Source: Verrucomicrobiia bacterium (GTDB taxonomy: Bacteria; Verrucomicrobiota; Verrucomicrobiia; Palsa-1439). Taken from it: a stretch of DNA of 64,000 bases. Position 1 is the first letter of the stretch, and the number at the start of each line of letters is the position of its first letter. Location of the stretch: contig JBEKLM010000001.1 in the NCBI GenBank assembly GCA_050010195.1, forward strand, positions 65,045 to 129,044, in the 5' to 3' direction. A model generated the notes under the pieces. The model did not search any database and was not told the origin of the DNA. It saw only the letters and a program-made list of their open reading frames with translations. Below are positions 9,575 through 20,400 of the stretch, piece after piece. Both the position numbers and the translations under genes were made by a program.

Positions 9575-10380
9575 CAGTGCCATTGCCCATGGGTAACACA
9601 AGGGTCGAGTGAGATTGACGTGTAACAGAGACCGCAACAATGGTGTGAAATCGAGTAGGCGCTGTCGCTGAGCGCCACCGATGTGCGCGGAACGTTTGGA
9701 CGAGCATGGCTCCCGCCGCAGCCTTGGGCCGCGTACTTCGTCCGGTCGGTGACACCAATCACATGAAATGCTTTTTGGCGTTCGGCGCATTTGTTGCAGC
9801 GGCCGCAGGGGAGGCCATCTTTCGGGGCGATGCAGGAGAAGCTGAGGTGGAGCGGTAGTTTGAGACGGAGACCGCGGCGGATGACCTGTTCCTTGGTGTA
9901 TGTGCGCAACGGGGCGATGATTTTGATGCGGAAGTCGAGGGCTGCGCCGGCGGCGGTAGCGAAGTCGCGGAAGAATTTAAGCGTGGCGTCGGGGAACGGG
10001 TTGTGGCCGAGCGAGCCGACGGCGATGGTGTCGATTTTGTGGAGCGCGCAGAACACGGCGGCTTTCGAGAGCAGCATCAGGTTGCGGCCGGGAAGGTAGA
10101 CAGCCTCGTCGGGAGTTCTTGCGCCGGGGACGCGACGGCCAGTCATGCTCCAGTGCAAACCATAGAGATCATTCGCGGGTAAATCGAGGATGGTCAACGG
10201 TTCATGGCGAATGCGGGCCGCCCGGAGATACCGGCGCAGTGAATGAAGCTCGGCGGTTTCCCAAGCGAGGTTCTGGCGGATGAAGACGGGATACACCTTG
10301 CGGTACTGGCGCGTGAGCGTGGCCAGCATCACGCAACTGTCGAGGCCGCCGCTGACCAACGCGCAGACGGAGCGCTTCAC
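9571..10380 (-). CDS. queC: 7-cyano-7-deazaguanine synthase QueC with ~60-aa Cys/His-rich C-terminal extension
   Basis: ALVSGGLDS PP-loop, zinc site CGRCNKCAERQ. Extra tail …HHCCGLCYTSISLDPCVTHGQWHC. Stop overlaps the moaDE stop convergently. Confidence 0.8.
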   Translation of the reverse strand: MKRSVCALVSGGLDSCVMLATLTRQYRKVYPVFIRQNLAWETAELHSLRRYLRAARIRHEPLTILDLPANDLYGLHWSMTGRRVPGARTPDEAVYLPGRNLMLLSKAAVFCALHKIDTIAVGSLGHNPFPDATLKFFRDFATAAGAALDFRIKIIAPLRTYTKEQVIRRGLRLKLPLHLSFSCIAPKDGLPCGRCNKCAERQKAFHVIGVTDRTKYAAQGCGGSHARPNVPRTSVALSDSAYSISHHCCGLCYTSISLDPCVTHGQWHC

Positions 10381-10658
10381 TTGCCCTGACGAACCTTCTC
10401 TTTCTCGTCTTCGAGCTTCCCGCGCAGCTTGGCGATTTCGTTGCGAAGAATTTCGTCGAACTTTTGTGCGTCCTCGGCCTTGCCGGCCGCATTGGCCGCA
10501 GCGATCTTTGGCTTCAATTCCAATTCGCGTTCGGCGATCTTGGCGGTGTAGACGCGGTCGATCTCAGCGAGTTTGGCCTTCTGCTCGTTTGTCAGCTTCG
10601 CAGAGGACTTGCCGCCGGTGCGTTCGAGCGCCAGTTCCCAGGATGATTTAAGCGCCAT
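10377..10658 (-). CDS. Small lysine/glutamate-rich coiled-coil protein, hypothetical
   Basis: 93-aa ORF, stop overlaps queC start (ATGA). Charged helical sequence, no recognisable domain. Confidence 0.4.
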   Translation of the reverse strand: MALKSSWELALERTGGKSSAKLTNEQKAKLAEIDRVYTAKIAERELELKPKIAAANAAGKAEDAQKFDEILRNEIAKLRGKLEDEKEKVRQGK

Positions 10659-10962
10659 TGAGTTTCACCTTTACGTCGTTGCCTTCCACTACGCACTCGA
10701 ACTTCTCGACCTTCGCCGTAGGAATCGCGGGATTCTGCCCCGTGCACACATCGAACTTCCAACCGTGCCATGGGCAGGTGACCACGTTGCCGTCAAGCGT
10801 CCCCTCGCCCAACGGTCCGCCGCGGTGCGGGCAAACATTGTCCGTCGCGTAGTATTTCCCGCCCACATTGAAGAGAGCCAGTTCGCGTTCCCCGACGGCC
10901 ACCGTCTTGCATTCGCCGGGTTGCAGGTCGCCAACTTCGGCCACTTTGATCAAATCACTCAT
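10648..10962 (-). CDS. Rieske [2Fe-2S] ferredoxin-like protein (NirD/dioxygenase-ferredoxin type)
   Basis: CPHRGGPL … CPWHGWKF Rieske CXH…CXXH motifs; 104 aa. Confidence 0.8.
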   Translation of the reverse strand: MSDLIKVAEVGDLQPGECKTVAVGERELALFNVGGKYYATDNVCPHRGGPLGEGTLDGNVVTCPWHGWKFDVCTGQNPAIPTAKVEKFECVVEGNDVKVKLNGA

Positions 10963-11001
10963 TTATTTGTGTTCTCCTCCCGAAACACCTATTCTTGTGG
11001 C

Positions 11002-11568
11002 ATGAATTCGAGCCGCTTTCAAGACGCGATTGCCCGGATCGACGCCGCCAATGCGCAGGATCCCCGCGGCATCGAGTTGCCGTATGCGAAACGATTGAGC
11101 GGGTGGGTCGAGCGGCTCGCGCCGGCGGCGTCCGAAGAACTTCGGCTGGCGGCGCGCGCGCAGCACATCTGCCGCTGGATGATCCCGCGCGAATCGTACC
11201 CGGCGGGCCGCATCGGCTACCTTAAGTGGCGCGAGGATTTGAAACACTTTCACGCGCAGAAAGCGGGTGAGATCCTGCGTGAGTTTGGTTACGACGAGAC
11301 CACTGTGTCGCGCGTGCAGGATTTGATTCGCAAACGGAATTTCCCGCGCGTCCCGGATGGCCGCGTGCTGGAGGATGCGTTGTGTTTGGTGTTTTTGGAG
11401 ACGCAATTTGCCGAGACAACGGCGAAGACGGGCGACGAGAAGATGATCGGCATTCTGCAGAAGTCGTGGCGCAAAATGACGCCGCAGGCGCAGCAGATTG
11501 CCCTGACGATTCCGATGACGCCCGAATGCCATGCGCTGGTCGAGAAGGCATTGCAACCTTCCTCGTGA
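11002..11568 (+). CDS. DUF4202-family protein, hypothetical
   Basis: Start MNSSRFQDAIARIDAANAQD at ATG 11002. The ORF-track start at 10573 is an upstream extension overlapping the Rieske gene on the opposite strand. ~188 aa helical protein. Confidence 0.5.
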   Translation: MNSSRFQDAIARIDAANAQDPRGIELPYAKRLSGWVERLAPAASEELRLAARAQHICRWMIPRESYPAGRIGYLKWREDLKHFHAQKAGEILREFGYDETTVSRVQDLIRKRNFPRVPDGRVLEDALCLVFLETQFAETTAKTGDEKMIGILQKSWRKMTPQAQQIALTIPMTPECHALVEKALQPSS

Positions 11569-11620
11569 TTTGTCATGCTGGATGCGGTGACGAGCCCAAG
11601 GGCGTTCGTCGAATAGATTT

Positions 11621-12751
11621 ATGAAGCTGGCCGACGTTCCGATCTCAACGACTGATCCGACCAACGCGAAGATCCTCGCCGTGTCCGAGGACCAATTGCA
11701 GGGGTTTCAACGCGATCCGCTCGGCGAGATTGCGCGGCAGTCGGGCGTGGAAATGCCGGTTGTCATCGAGCGGATTCAGGCGATGCTGCGCGCCGGGACA
11801 ATTCGTCGTGTGCGGCAGACGTTGCTGGCCACGAACCTCGCGCAGGGCGCACTCGTGGCGTGGCAGGTGCCGGAGGATAAACTCGATGCCGCGTTCGACT
11901 GCATGTTTCAGCGCGACCCGTTCAGCGGTCATGTGGTGGTCCGCACGACGGACACGGCCACCGTCGGCTCGAAATACCGATTGTGGACAACGCTGAAAGT
12001 GCCGCAGGGGTTCTCGATGACCGAGCACTGCCAGTTCTTGTGTCGGCAAACAGGCGCGGAGAAATTCATTCTCCTGCCGGCGAAAAAGCTGTTTGCGCTC
12101 GGGGTCGGCCACGTGAGACGGCGGGGACTCGAACCCGGTAGTCGTGCGGACGTGCTGGCCGACGTGACGGACGTTTCCGTGACCGAACTGGACGATCTGG
12201 AATGGCGCGTGTTGGTGGCACTCAAGCGGGAATTTGCTCCCGAGGACCTCACGGCGGACATCTGGGCGGCGCGAGCGAAGGAAGCCGGAGTCCCGCTCGA
12301 ACAGTTCCTCGAAATTGCCGCCGAATTGAATCGACGCAAGATCATTGGGCGCTTCTCGACATTTTTGGAGCACGTCAAGCCCGTTGCCAATGGCGAACAG
12401 GTGACGCGCTACAACGCGCTGTTCCACTGGGCGGTGCCGCCGGGCCGTGAGATTGACGCCGGGCGTGAAGTGGGCCGCCATCATATTATGACGCACGCCT
12501 ACTGGCGGGAGGGTGGCCCTGAATTCCACAACGTCAATGTCATGGGCGTAGCGCATGGGACCGACAAACAGGTGCTCCTCGCCCACAAGTCCGCGATCGA
12601 CACGCATTTGAAGGAAGCCGGCATCATGGTCAGTTACACGAATGTGTTCTGGGGCGGCCGGAGCGAGATCAAGCCGAGCGAGATTTCGCCGTTTGCGTAT
12701 CGGGAGTGGTGTCGCAGTGTTGGCTTCCATTCTGAAGGGGCGGCGAAATGA
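11621..12751 (+). CDS. Tandem Lrp/AsnC-like two-domain protein, possibly siroheme decarboxylase (AhbA/AhbB or NirDL-like fusion)
   Basis: Two repeats of an AsnC-type HTH followed by a RAM-like domain (…LGEIARQSGVEMPVVIERIQAMLRAGTIRRV… and …DLEWRVLVALKREF…PLEQFLEIAAELNRRKIIGRF…). 376 aa equals two fused ~170-aa units. Confidence 0.45.
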   Translation: MKLADVPISTTDPTNAKILAVSEDQLQGFQRDPLGEIARQSGVEMPVVIERIQAMLRAGTIRRVRQTLLATNLAQGALVAWQVPEDKLDAAFDCMFQRDPFSGHVVVRTTDTATVGSKYRLWTTLKVPQGFSMTEHCQFLCRQTGAEKFILLPAKKLFALGVGHVRRRGLEPGSRADVLADVTDVSVTELDDLEWRVLVALKREFAPEDLTADIWAARAKEAGVPLEQFLEIAAELNRRKIIGRFSTFLEHVKPVANGEQVTRYNALFHWAVPPGREIDAGREVGRHHIMTHAYWREGGPEFHNVNVMGVAHGTDKQVLLAHKSAIDTHLKEAGIMVSYTNVFWGGRSEIKPSEISPFAYREWCRSVGFHSEGAAK

Positions 12752-13749
12752 AAATTGCCTTTCTGGAACTTCAACCCTGGGAAGAGAAGTATTTACGGGG
12801 TCGGGTGGATGGGACGCAGGAGATCGTGGCGCTTCCGGGGGTGCTGGAGGACAAGCAACTCGCCAGGATTGCGGATGCGGAGATTGTGTCGCCGTTTATT
12901 TATTCGAAGTTGACGGCGGAACGATTGGCGAAGCTGCCGAAGTTGAAGATGATAGCGACGCGGTCGACGGGATTCGACCACATTGACATGGCGGAATGCG
13001 CGCGGCGCGGGATCACGGTGTGCAATGTGCCGTTTTACGGTGAGAACACGGTGGCGGAGCACACGTTCGCGTTGATCCTGGCGTTGTCGCGGAAAGTGCA
13101 TGAGGCATTCGTGCGCGTGCGGGCGGGAAATTTCTCATTGGAGGGGTTGCGCGGGTTCGACCTCAAGGACAAGACCATCGGCGTCGTTGGCGCGGGGCGG
13201 ATCGGTCTGCACGTGATTCGCATTGCGCGGGGTTTTGGGATGAAGGTGCTGGCGTTCGACGTCAAGCGGGACAATTTCTGGGCCGAAGTGCTGGGATTTG
13301 AATATGCAGAATTGGACGATCTGCTGGGGCGGTCGGACATCATCACGTTGCACGCGCCGTACAATCGCCACACGCATCATCTGATCAGCATGGAAAACAT
13401 CCACCAGATCAAACGCGGGGCGATTTTGATCAACACGGCGCGGGGCGGATTGGTGAACACCGACGCGCTGCTGAAGGCGCTGGACGAAGGCATCCTCGCA
13501 GGCGCTGGACTGGACGTGCTGGAAGGCGAGGAAACGATTTACGAGGAGAGCGCGTTGCTCGGCGACGCGACGAACCCCGAGAAACTGCGGACGGCGATCC
13601 AGAACCATGTGATTTTGAAGAAGCCCAATGTGGTCTTCACGCCGCACAACGCATTCAACAGCCAGGAAGCGCTGGAGCGCATCCTCGACACGACGGCGGA
13701 GAACATTGTTGCGTTTGCGGCGGGCGCGGCCAAGAACGTTGTGCGGTAG
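12748..13749 (+). CDS. D-isomer-specific 2-hydroxyacid dehydrogenase (NAD-binding)
   Basis: GVVGAGRIGLHVIRIARGFGMKVLAFD Rossmann motif, catalytic RGG…E…H pattern; 333 aa. Start overlaps the previous gene stop. Confidence 0.85.
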   Translation: MKIAFLELQPWEEKYLRGRVDGTQEIVALPGVLEDKQLARIADAEIVSPFIYSKLTAERLAKLPKLKMIATRSTGFDHIDMAECARRGITVCNVPFYGENTVAEHTFALILALSRKVHEAFVRVRAGNFSLEGLRGFDLKDKTIGVVGAGRIGLHVIRIARGFGMKVLAFDVKRDNFWAEVLGFEYAELDDLLGRSDIITLHAPYNRHTHHLISMENIHQIKRGAILINTARGGLVNTDALLKALDEGILAGAGLDVLEGEETIYEESALLGDATNPEKLRTAIQNHVILKKPNVVFTPHNAFNSQEALERILDTTAENIVAFAAGAAKNVVR

Positions 13750-14148
13750 GCCGGCAGCGACTTGAGCCCGACATCCTTGCATCCATTCGTCGCTTCCGAA
13801 GACCCGGCACGGCTACGCGAACTTCTTCATTCCGGAAGACCGGTTTACTGGATCATCAACGATCCATGGAAAAAAGGAGCGATCGCCCGAACTCGACACC
13901 CTGCAGCACTCGTTCCGTCTGGAGGCCCTGGCGGCCGGCGTCGCCGGAGACGGAATCAAACAACCGTTCTTTGGCCGGATGTACGAACTGTTGGAACGAC
14001 ATTGAGCGTGTCGTGCAGGAAGCGTTGCGTCCGACCCGGTCAAGACCGAGTCGATTGGGGACTGGTTCCCGCCTGCTGGTAGCAGCCACACCGCACCGCT
14101 GATTATCATCTTTTCGCTGTCCACTCTCCTGTGCTATCAGTCTGCGCC

Positions 14149-15597
14149 ATGGCTTACGAGTCTTTGCGGGAATTCGTGCGGAAGCTGGATGCCGCCGGTG
14201 AACTGAAGCGGATTTCGGTCGAGGTCGATCCCGTTCTGGAGATCACCGAAATCGCTGATCGCGAGATGAAGTTGCCAAACGGCGGCCAGGCGTTGTTCTT
14301 CGAGAAGTGCAAAGGCTCGCAGTTTCCGCTGCTCATCAACGCGTACGGCTCGACGAAACGCATGGCGCTGGCGCTGGGCGTGAACGACGTCGAAGACATC
14401 GCCCACGAACTCGAAAGCCTCCTCAAGGCCAAACCACCGACCTCCTTCAAGGAAGCCATCTCACTGCTCGGGACAGCGTTCGAGTTGCGCCACGCGAAAC
14501 CGAAGAGCGTCAATTCTGGCGCCTGTAAGCAGATTGTTCAGCAGAAACCGAACGTCAACACGCTTCCCATCCAAAAATGCTGGCCACAGGATGCGGGGCG
14601 ATTCGTCTGCATGCCATTGGTCATCACCCGTGATCCCGACAACGGCTCGCGCAATGTCGGCACCTACCGCATGCAGGTGATTGACGAGCGGACGACGTTC
14701 ATGCACTGGCAATTGCACAAAACCGGTGCGCGTCATTGGCGACGGTACATGGAATTGAAACAGCGCATGCCCGTGGCCGTGGCCCTCGGGGGCGACCCAG
14801 TGTACACGTTCGCAGCTACGGCCCCGCTCCCCGACGGTATCGACGAGATGATGCTGGCGGGTTTCCTCCGCAAAAAGTCGGTCGAGATGGTGAAATGCGA
14901 CACGAGCGATCTTGAGGTGCCCGCCGACTGCGATTTTGTCCTGGAAGGCTACGTCGAGCCGGAAGAAAAACTCGATCTGGAAGGCCCGTTCGGTGATCAC
15001 ACGGGTTATTACACCCTGCCCGAACCGTACCCGAAGTTTCACATCGAACGCGTCACGCATCGTCGCGACGCGATCTACCCGAGCACGATCGTTGGCATTC
15101 CTCCGATGGAAGATTTCTACATGGGCACCGCCAGCGTGCGCATCTTCCTGCCCGTGTTCAAAACCAACTTCAACGAAATTGTCGACATGGCATTGCCCGC
15201 CGAGGGCGCGTTCCACAATCTCGTCATCGTCTCAATCAAGAAACAGTTCCCGTATCATGCGATGAAGGTCATGCACGGCCTGTGGGGCATGGGACAGATG
15301 ATGTTCACCAAGATCATCGTCGTGGTCGACGCCGATGTGAACGTGCACGACACGAGCGAGGTGCTGTTCCGTCTCACGGCGAACATCGATCCCGAACGCG
15401 ACATCATTTTCACGAAGGGCCCCGCCGATGTGCTCGACCACGCCACACCCGTGATGGGCTTCGGCAGCAAGATCGGCATCGACGCCACGCACAAACTCAA
15501 AGGCGAAGCGAACACGCGTCCGTGGCCGCCCATCATCCAGATGGACGACGCCGTGAAGAAGCGCGTGGATGACTTGTTGCGCCATGCCACGCACTGA
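14149..15597 (+). CDS. UbiD-family (prenylated-FMN-dependent) decarboxylase
   Basis: N-terminal MAYESLREFVRKLDAAGELKRISVEVDPVLEITEIADR…, typical UbiD length (~480 aa). Start could alternatively be GTG 14131. Confidence 0.85.
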   Translation: MAYESLREFVRKLDAAGELKRISVEVDPVLEITEIADREMKLPNGGQALFFEKCKGSQFPLLINAYGSTKRMALALGVNDVEDIAHELESLLKAKPPTSFKEAISLLGTAFELRHAKPKSVNSGACKQIVQQKPNVNTLPIQKCWPQDAGRFVCMPLVITRDPDNGSRNVGTYRMQVIDERTTFMHWQLHKTGARHWRRYMELKQRMPVAVALGGDPVYTFAATAPLPDGIDEMMLAGFLRKKSVEMVKCDTSDLEVPADCDFVLEGYVEPEEKLDLEGPFGDHTGYYTLPEPYPKFHIERVTHRRDAIYPSTIVGIPPMEDFYMGTASVRIFLPVFKTNFNEIVDMALPAEGAFHNLVIVSIKKQFPYHAMKVMHGLWGMGQMMFTKIIVVVDADVNVHDTSEVLFRLTANIDPERDIIFTKGPADVLDHATPVMGFGSKIGIDATHKLKGEANTRPWPPIIQMDDAVKKRVDDLLRHATH

Positions 15598-15886
15598 CGA
15601 GCCGTCCCTTTGCCCGAACTGCGGCGCCGAAGTTCCCGCAAAGGCCCGGGCGTGCCCGGAGTGCGGCGCCGACGAAAAGACGGGCTGGTCGGACGATACC
15701 ATTTACGATGGGACGGACATCGAAGACCCGGGCGAGTTCAACTACGAGGACTGGAAACGTCGCGAAGTCGATGGCCGTGGCCCGCGGCGAACCGGCAAAC
15801 AGCGCTTCTGGTGGATCGTGGCGGTGTTGATTCTGGCGTTGGTGCTGTGGTTGGTCGTTTTCCGACTGTGGTGTGCCATCCCGTAG
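15584..15886 (+). CDS. Zinc-ribbon protein with C-terminal transmembrane helix
   Basis: CPNCGAEV…CPECGADEK double CxxC; C-terminal WWIVAVLILALVLWLVVF TM segment. Overlaps the UbiD 3' end. Confidence 0.45.
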   Translation: MPRTDEPSLCPNCGAEVPAKARACPECGADEKTGWSDDTIYDGTDIEDPGEFNYEDWKRREVDGRGPRRTGKQRFWWIVAVLILALVLWLVVFRLWCAIP

Positions 15887-15898
15887 GCGGCATTCGCT

Positions 15899-17401
15899 TT
15901 GAAAACCGGATCCGCCATCTTGAAGATCGACAACCAACGCTCGGTGGCTTTGCTGAGCATCGTACTTCTGGCGGCGCTCGGGCTTCGGCTATTTCATCTC
16001 CAAGAACGCGTGCTGTGGTTCGACGAGGCCAATTCCCTGCTGATTGCCAGAGCGGGTCCTGTCGAGATTATCGACGCCGTTCGCGATGATACACACAGTC
16101 CGTTCTACTACCTGATCTTGCATTACTGGCAATTTGTGGCCGGAGGCGAAACGGGGGCGCGACTGATGTCCGTGCTCGCTGGCGTCGCGACGGTCGCGGT
16201 GGTCTATTCGATGGGCTGCACCCTGGCAGGACGTGGCGCGGGGTTGCTGGCCGCGGCATTTCTGGCCGTGTGTCCGCTCCATGTCTGGTACTCCCAGGAA
16301 ATCAGGATGTACGCGTTGCAGACGTTGCTCGTGGCCTTGTCGTTCCTCCTGATGGTGTGGGCGCTGCGGCAGCAACGAGGCGCGCTCTGGGTGGGCTATT
16401 CGGTTATCACCGCGCTGAGTTTATATGCGCAGTACGCTTCGCTCTATGCCGTCATTGCCCAGAATGTCTTTGTCGTGATCTATTATTGGCGGGATCATCA
16501 GAAACTGCGCCACTGGCTCATGTCGCAGTGCGCGGTGGCGCTGCTGTTTGCACCCTGGCTCCCCGTGTTTGTCTCCCAAACAAGGATGGCCATGGGCAGT
16601 TCGTGGTTGGGGCCGCTGGAGTTCAGTCGGGTACTGGCCTTCTTCTCGCTCTTTAGCGGCGCGTATCTCGGAGATCCGCACGAGCGCTTTGTATCGGTGG
16701 CGATTACTGGCGCGGCCGTGATCGTTCCGTCGGTGGTTCTGTTGCGCCGCCGTGAGTCTCGTCAATTTGCTGCGTTGCTTGTCCTTTGGTTCATTTTGCC
16801 GGTGGTTCTCCTGGTGTTGCAGTCGTTGAATCAGAACCGCTTTCTGCCGCGGGTGTTGTTGTGCACGACACCACCGCTCGCCTTGTTGCTCGGATGCGCC
16901 CTGACCCAGCGGGGCAAGATGGCTACGCGCGCCATCTTGGTTCTCACGGCGATCGTTCTTCTGATTGCCAATGTCTATGCCTTGCAGAACTACTACTTTC
17001 TGGAGAATCGCTGGGTGAAATCCGATTTGCGCGAGGCGGCCGGCAAACTCGCGAGAGAATTTCGAGCAGGCGATGTCGTTGTGCATATAACGGAATCTTC
17101 GTTTCGACCGTTTCAGTGCTACCTCGCGGAAAGTATCGGTCAGGGCATGATCGACCCGCCCGTGTACCAGCCGCATCTGTTCGGCGTGACCGGAGACGGC
17201 CGACTGCCACAATCCACCGGTGAGATCCGGCGCATCTGGTTGGTCCTGTATCCGGACCAATTTCATCCAGACCTCGCGGAAACGACCCGCAACTGGATGA
17301 ATCAGCATCACCATTTCGTTCGCGCGGTTTACGACTCCAGCACCATTTTCGTTGGTCTTTACGAACGCCAGGACCCGCAACTGGTGCCGACCGCGAAGTA
17401 A
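15899..17401 (+). CDS. GT39/ArnT-like (PMT_2) integral-membrane glycosyltransferase
   Basis: Multi-TM N-terminal domain with DE motif (…LWFDEANS…) characteristic of dolichyl-phosphate-mannose/undecaprenyl-phosphate-dependent glycosyltransferases; 500 aa. Confidence 0.65.
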   Translation: MKTGSAILKIDNQRSVALLSIVLLAALGLRLFHLQERVLWFDEANSLLIARAGPVEIIDAVRDDTHSPFYYLILHYWQFVAGGETGARLMSVLAGVATVAVVYSMGCTLAGRGAGLLAAAFLAVCPLHVWYSQEIRMYALQTLLVALSFLLMVWALRQQRGALWVGYSVITALSLYAQYASLYAVIAQNVFVVIYYWRDHQKLRHWLMSQCAVALLFAPWLPVFVSQTRMAMGSSWLGPLEFSRVLAFFSLFSGAYLGDPHERFVSVAITGAAVIVPSVVLLRRRESRQFAALLVLWFILPVVLLVLQSLNQNRFLPRVLLCTTPPLALLLGCALTQRGKMATRAILVLTAIVLLIANVYALQNYYFLENRWVKSDLREAAGKLAREFRAGDVVVHITESSFRPFQCYLAESIGQGMIDPPVYQPHLFGVTGDGRLPQSTGEIRRIWLVLYPDQFHPDLAETTRNWMNQHHHFVRAVYDSSTIFVGLYERQDPQLVPTAK

Positions 17402-17470
17402 ACTCCCCAGAAGTCTTGATTGCCATCGCGCTCACACTTAGAGTGGCGAGAGCGAGGCGCGACAGTTTTA

Positions 17471-20400
17471 ATGAAGCATTCGGATTTTGTTCATTTGCAT
17501 TTGCACACGGAGTACAGCCTGCTCGACGGGGCGTGCCGCATATCGGACGTGGTCGACAAGGCGCACGCGTGCAAAATGCCGGCGGTGGCGATGACCGACC
17601 ATGGCAACATGTTCGGGGCCATCGAGTTTTACAAAACCGCGCAGGAGAAGGGGCTCAAGCCGATTATCGGCTGCGAGACCTACATCGCCCCCGGCTCGCG
17701 TCTCGACAAGAAATCCACCAACGCCCGCGATGCCGCCTTCCATCTGGTCTTGTTGGCCAAGGACGATGTCGGCTACAAGAACCTCGTCAAACTCGTTTCT
17801 TCCGCCCACCTCGAAGGTTTCTATTACAAGCCGCGCATCGACAAGGAGATCCTCGCCCAACACTCCAAGGGGCTTATCGGCCTCACCTCCTGTCTCAAGG
17901 GCGAAGTGCCCAATAAAATCAAGGAAGACCAGATTCCCCAGGCCAAGGCCGCGTTGGACGACTATCGCCATATTTTCGAGCCCGGCGATTTCTACGTCGA
18001 ACTCCAGAACCATGGCATCGAAGAGCAACGCACGGTCAATCGCACGCTGATCCCCTGGGCGAAGGAGTTCAATCTTCCCATGGTCGCCACCAACGACGTG
18101 CATTACGTCGAACGCGAGCATTGGGAGGCGCACGATTGCCTGATTTGCCTGCAGACGCAGTCATTGCTCTCCGACGAAAAGCGGATGCGATACGTGTCCC
18201 AGCAGTTTTATCTGCGGACGCCGGAGGAAATGCACGAATTGTTCGCCGAGACGCCCGAGGCGCTCCAGAACACCCTGGCGGTCGCCGAGAAATGCAATCT
18301 CCTGATGGAATTCGGCAAGCTGCGGTTTCCGGTTTACGAACCGCCAACGGGGTTCACGCGGGAACATTACCTGCGGCATTTGTGCGAGCAGGGGATGCGT
18401 GACCGCTACGGCATCGAGTGGAAGCAGCCCAAGAACGCACAGGAGAAGCAGATTGTTGACCGCGTGGAGTACGAATTGAAGATCATGGAGAAAACGGGCT
18501 TTGTCAGTTACTTCCTGATCGTCTGGGATTTTGTCCACTTCGCGCGCAGTAACAACATCCCCGTCGGCCCGGGTCGTGGCAGCGCCGCCGGCAGCGTGGT
18601 GGCGTACATCTTGAAGATCACGGATATCGATCCGCTCCGCTACAACCTGCTTTTCGAGCGTTTTCTCAATCCCGAGCGCATCTCGCCGCCCGATATCGAC
18701 ATGGACTTCTGCTACAACCGCCGCCCTGAGGTCATCGATTACGTGCGCAAGAAGTACGGTGACGACCATGTCGCCCAGATCATCACGTTCGGCACGCTCG
18801 GCGCCAAGATGGTCGTGCGCGACGTCGGCCGCGTGATGGGGCTGTCGTATGGTGAATGCGACCGGATCGCGAAGATGATCCCGCCCGACATCGGCATGAC
18901 GCTGAAGAAGGCATTGGAGATCAATCCCGAGTTGAAGGGCGCCTACAATAACGAGGCGACCGTCAAACGGGTGATCGATTACGGGTTCACGCTGGAAGGC
19001 CTGTCGCGCAATGCGTCCACCCACGCCGCGGGCGTGGTCATCGGCGCCGAGCCGCTCGACAATATCGTCCCACTCACCACGGGCACGAACTCGGACGAAG
19101 TCGTCACACAGTACTCGATGAATCCGCTCGGTGATCTCGGCCTGCTGAAAATGGACTTTCTCGGGTTGAAGACGCTCACGGTCATTCAGGACGCGCTTGA
19201 CATTATCGAGCAAACCACGGGGAAGCGTCTCGACATCAACAAGATTCCGCTCGATGACAAGAAGACGTTCGACATGCTGGCCAAGGCCAACACCATCGGC
19301 GTGTTTCAGTTGGAATCTCAAGGGATGCGCGACCTCTGCCGCCGCATCGGCGTGGACTCCGTCGACGTGATCATCGCGCTCATCGCGCTCTTTCGTCCCG
19401 GCCCGATGAACATGCTCGACGATTACGTCAACCGCAAACACGGCAAGGTCAAGGTCGAATACGACCATCCATTGTTGGAGCCGATCCTCAAGGAAACGTT
19501 CGGCGTGTTCGTGTACCAGGAGCAGGTGATGCAGGCCACGAACGCCCTCGCGGGTTACTCGCTGGGTGGCGCCGACGTGCTGCGCCGCGCGATGGGCAAG
19601 AAGAAGCCCGAGGAAATGGAAAGCCAGCGCGAGATTTTCATCAAGGGCTGTCACGAGAAGAACAAGATCCCGCGCGGCAAGGCCAACCAGATTTTCGACA
19701 TGCTGGCGAAATTCGCCGGGTACGGGTTCAACAAGTCGCACAGCGCCGCTTACGGGGTCGTTTCGTACCAGACCGCGTGGCTCAAGGCGAATTACCCGGT
19801 CGAATTCATGGCCGCCGTATTGTCCAACGAACTGGCCAATACCGACAAGATCCAGCTATTCATCAACGAGTGCAAACGCATGGGCATCGAGGTCCAGGCG
19901 CCGGACGTGAACGAAAGCGGGGTCCGCTTCACCGTGGGCGGCGGCAAGATTCGCTTCGGCCTCGCGGCAATCAAGAACGTCGGTGAAATAGCCGTGCAAA
20001 ATGTCATCCAGGTGCGCGAGGCCAGTGGACGATTCACATCTTTCGAAGATTTCTGCACGCGCGTCGATTTGCGCATTGTGAATCGCAAGGTGCTGGAATG
20101 CCTGGTGAAATGTGGCGCATATGATTCCCTGGGGGAACCGCGAGCCGTGGTGTATGCGGCGGTCGAGTATCAAATGAACCGCGCCTCCAGTGTCCAGCGC
20201 GACAAGGAACGCGGTCAGGCCGCGTTGTTCGACGTGGAACCGGTCAACGCCCGGAAGAAAGCCACGGGTCAGGCTCCTTCCGTGGAATGGTCGCAGAGCG
20301 AAATGCTCGCGTATGAAAAAGAGCTTCTTGGTTTTTATGTGACGGGACATCCCCTGAGCGAGTACGCCGAGATTCTGCAACGGTACGAACTCGGTTCGTC

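Noticed and set aside
11645-12730. 361-aa minus-strand ORF opposite the tandem Lrp/AsnC-like gene
   Set aside because: Shadow ORF; no motifs, Arg/His-rich.
13866-14102. 78-aa ORF in the intergenic region upstream of the UbiD gene
   Set aside because: Ser/Arg/Pro-rich, no SD, overlapped by other equally weak ORFs; more likely non-coding leader sequence.
18161-19741. 526-aa minus-strand ORF inside dnaE
   Set aside because: dnaE is certain; antisense product is low-complexity.
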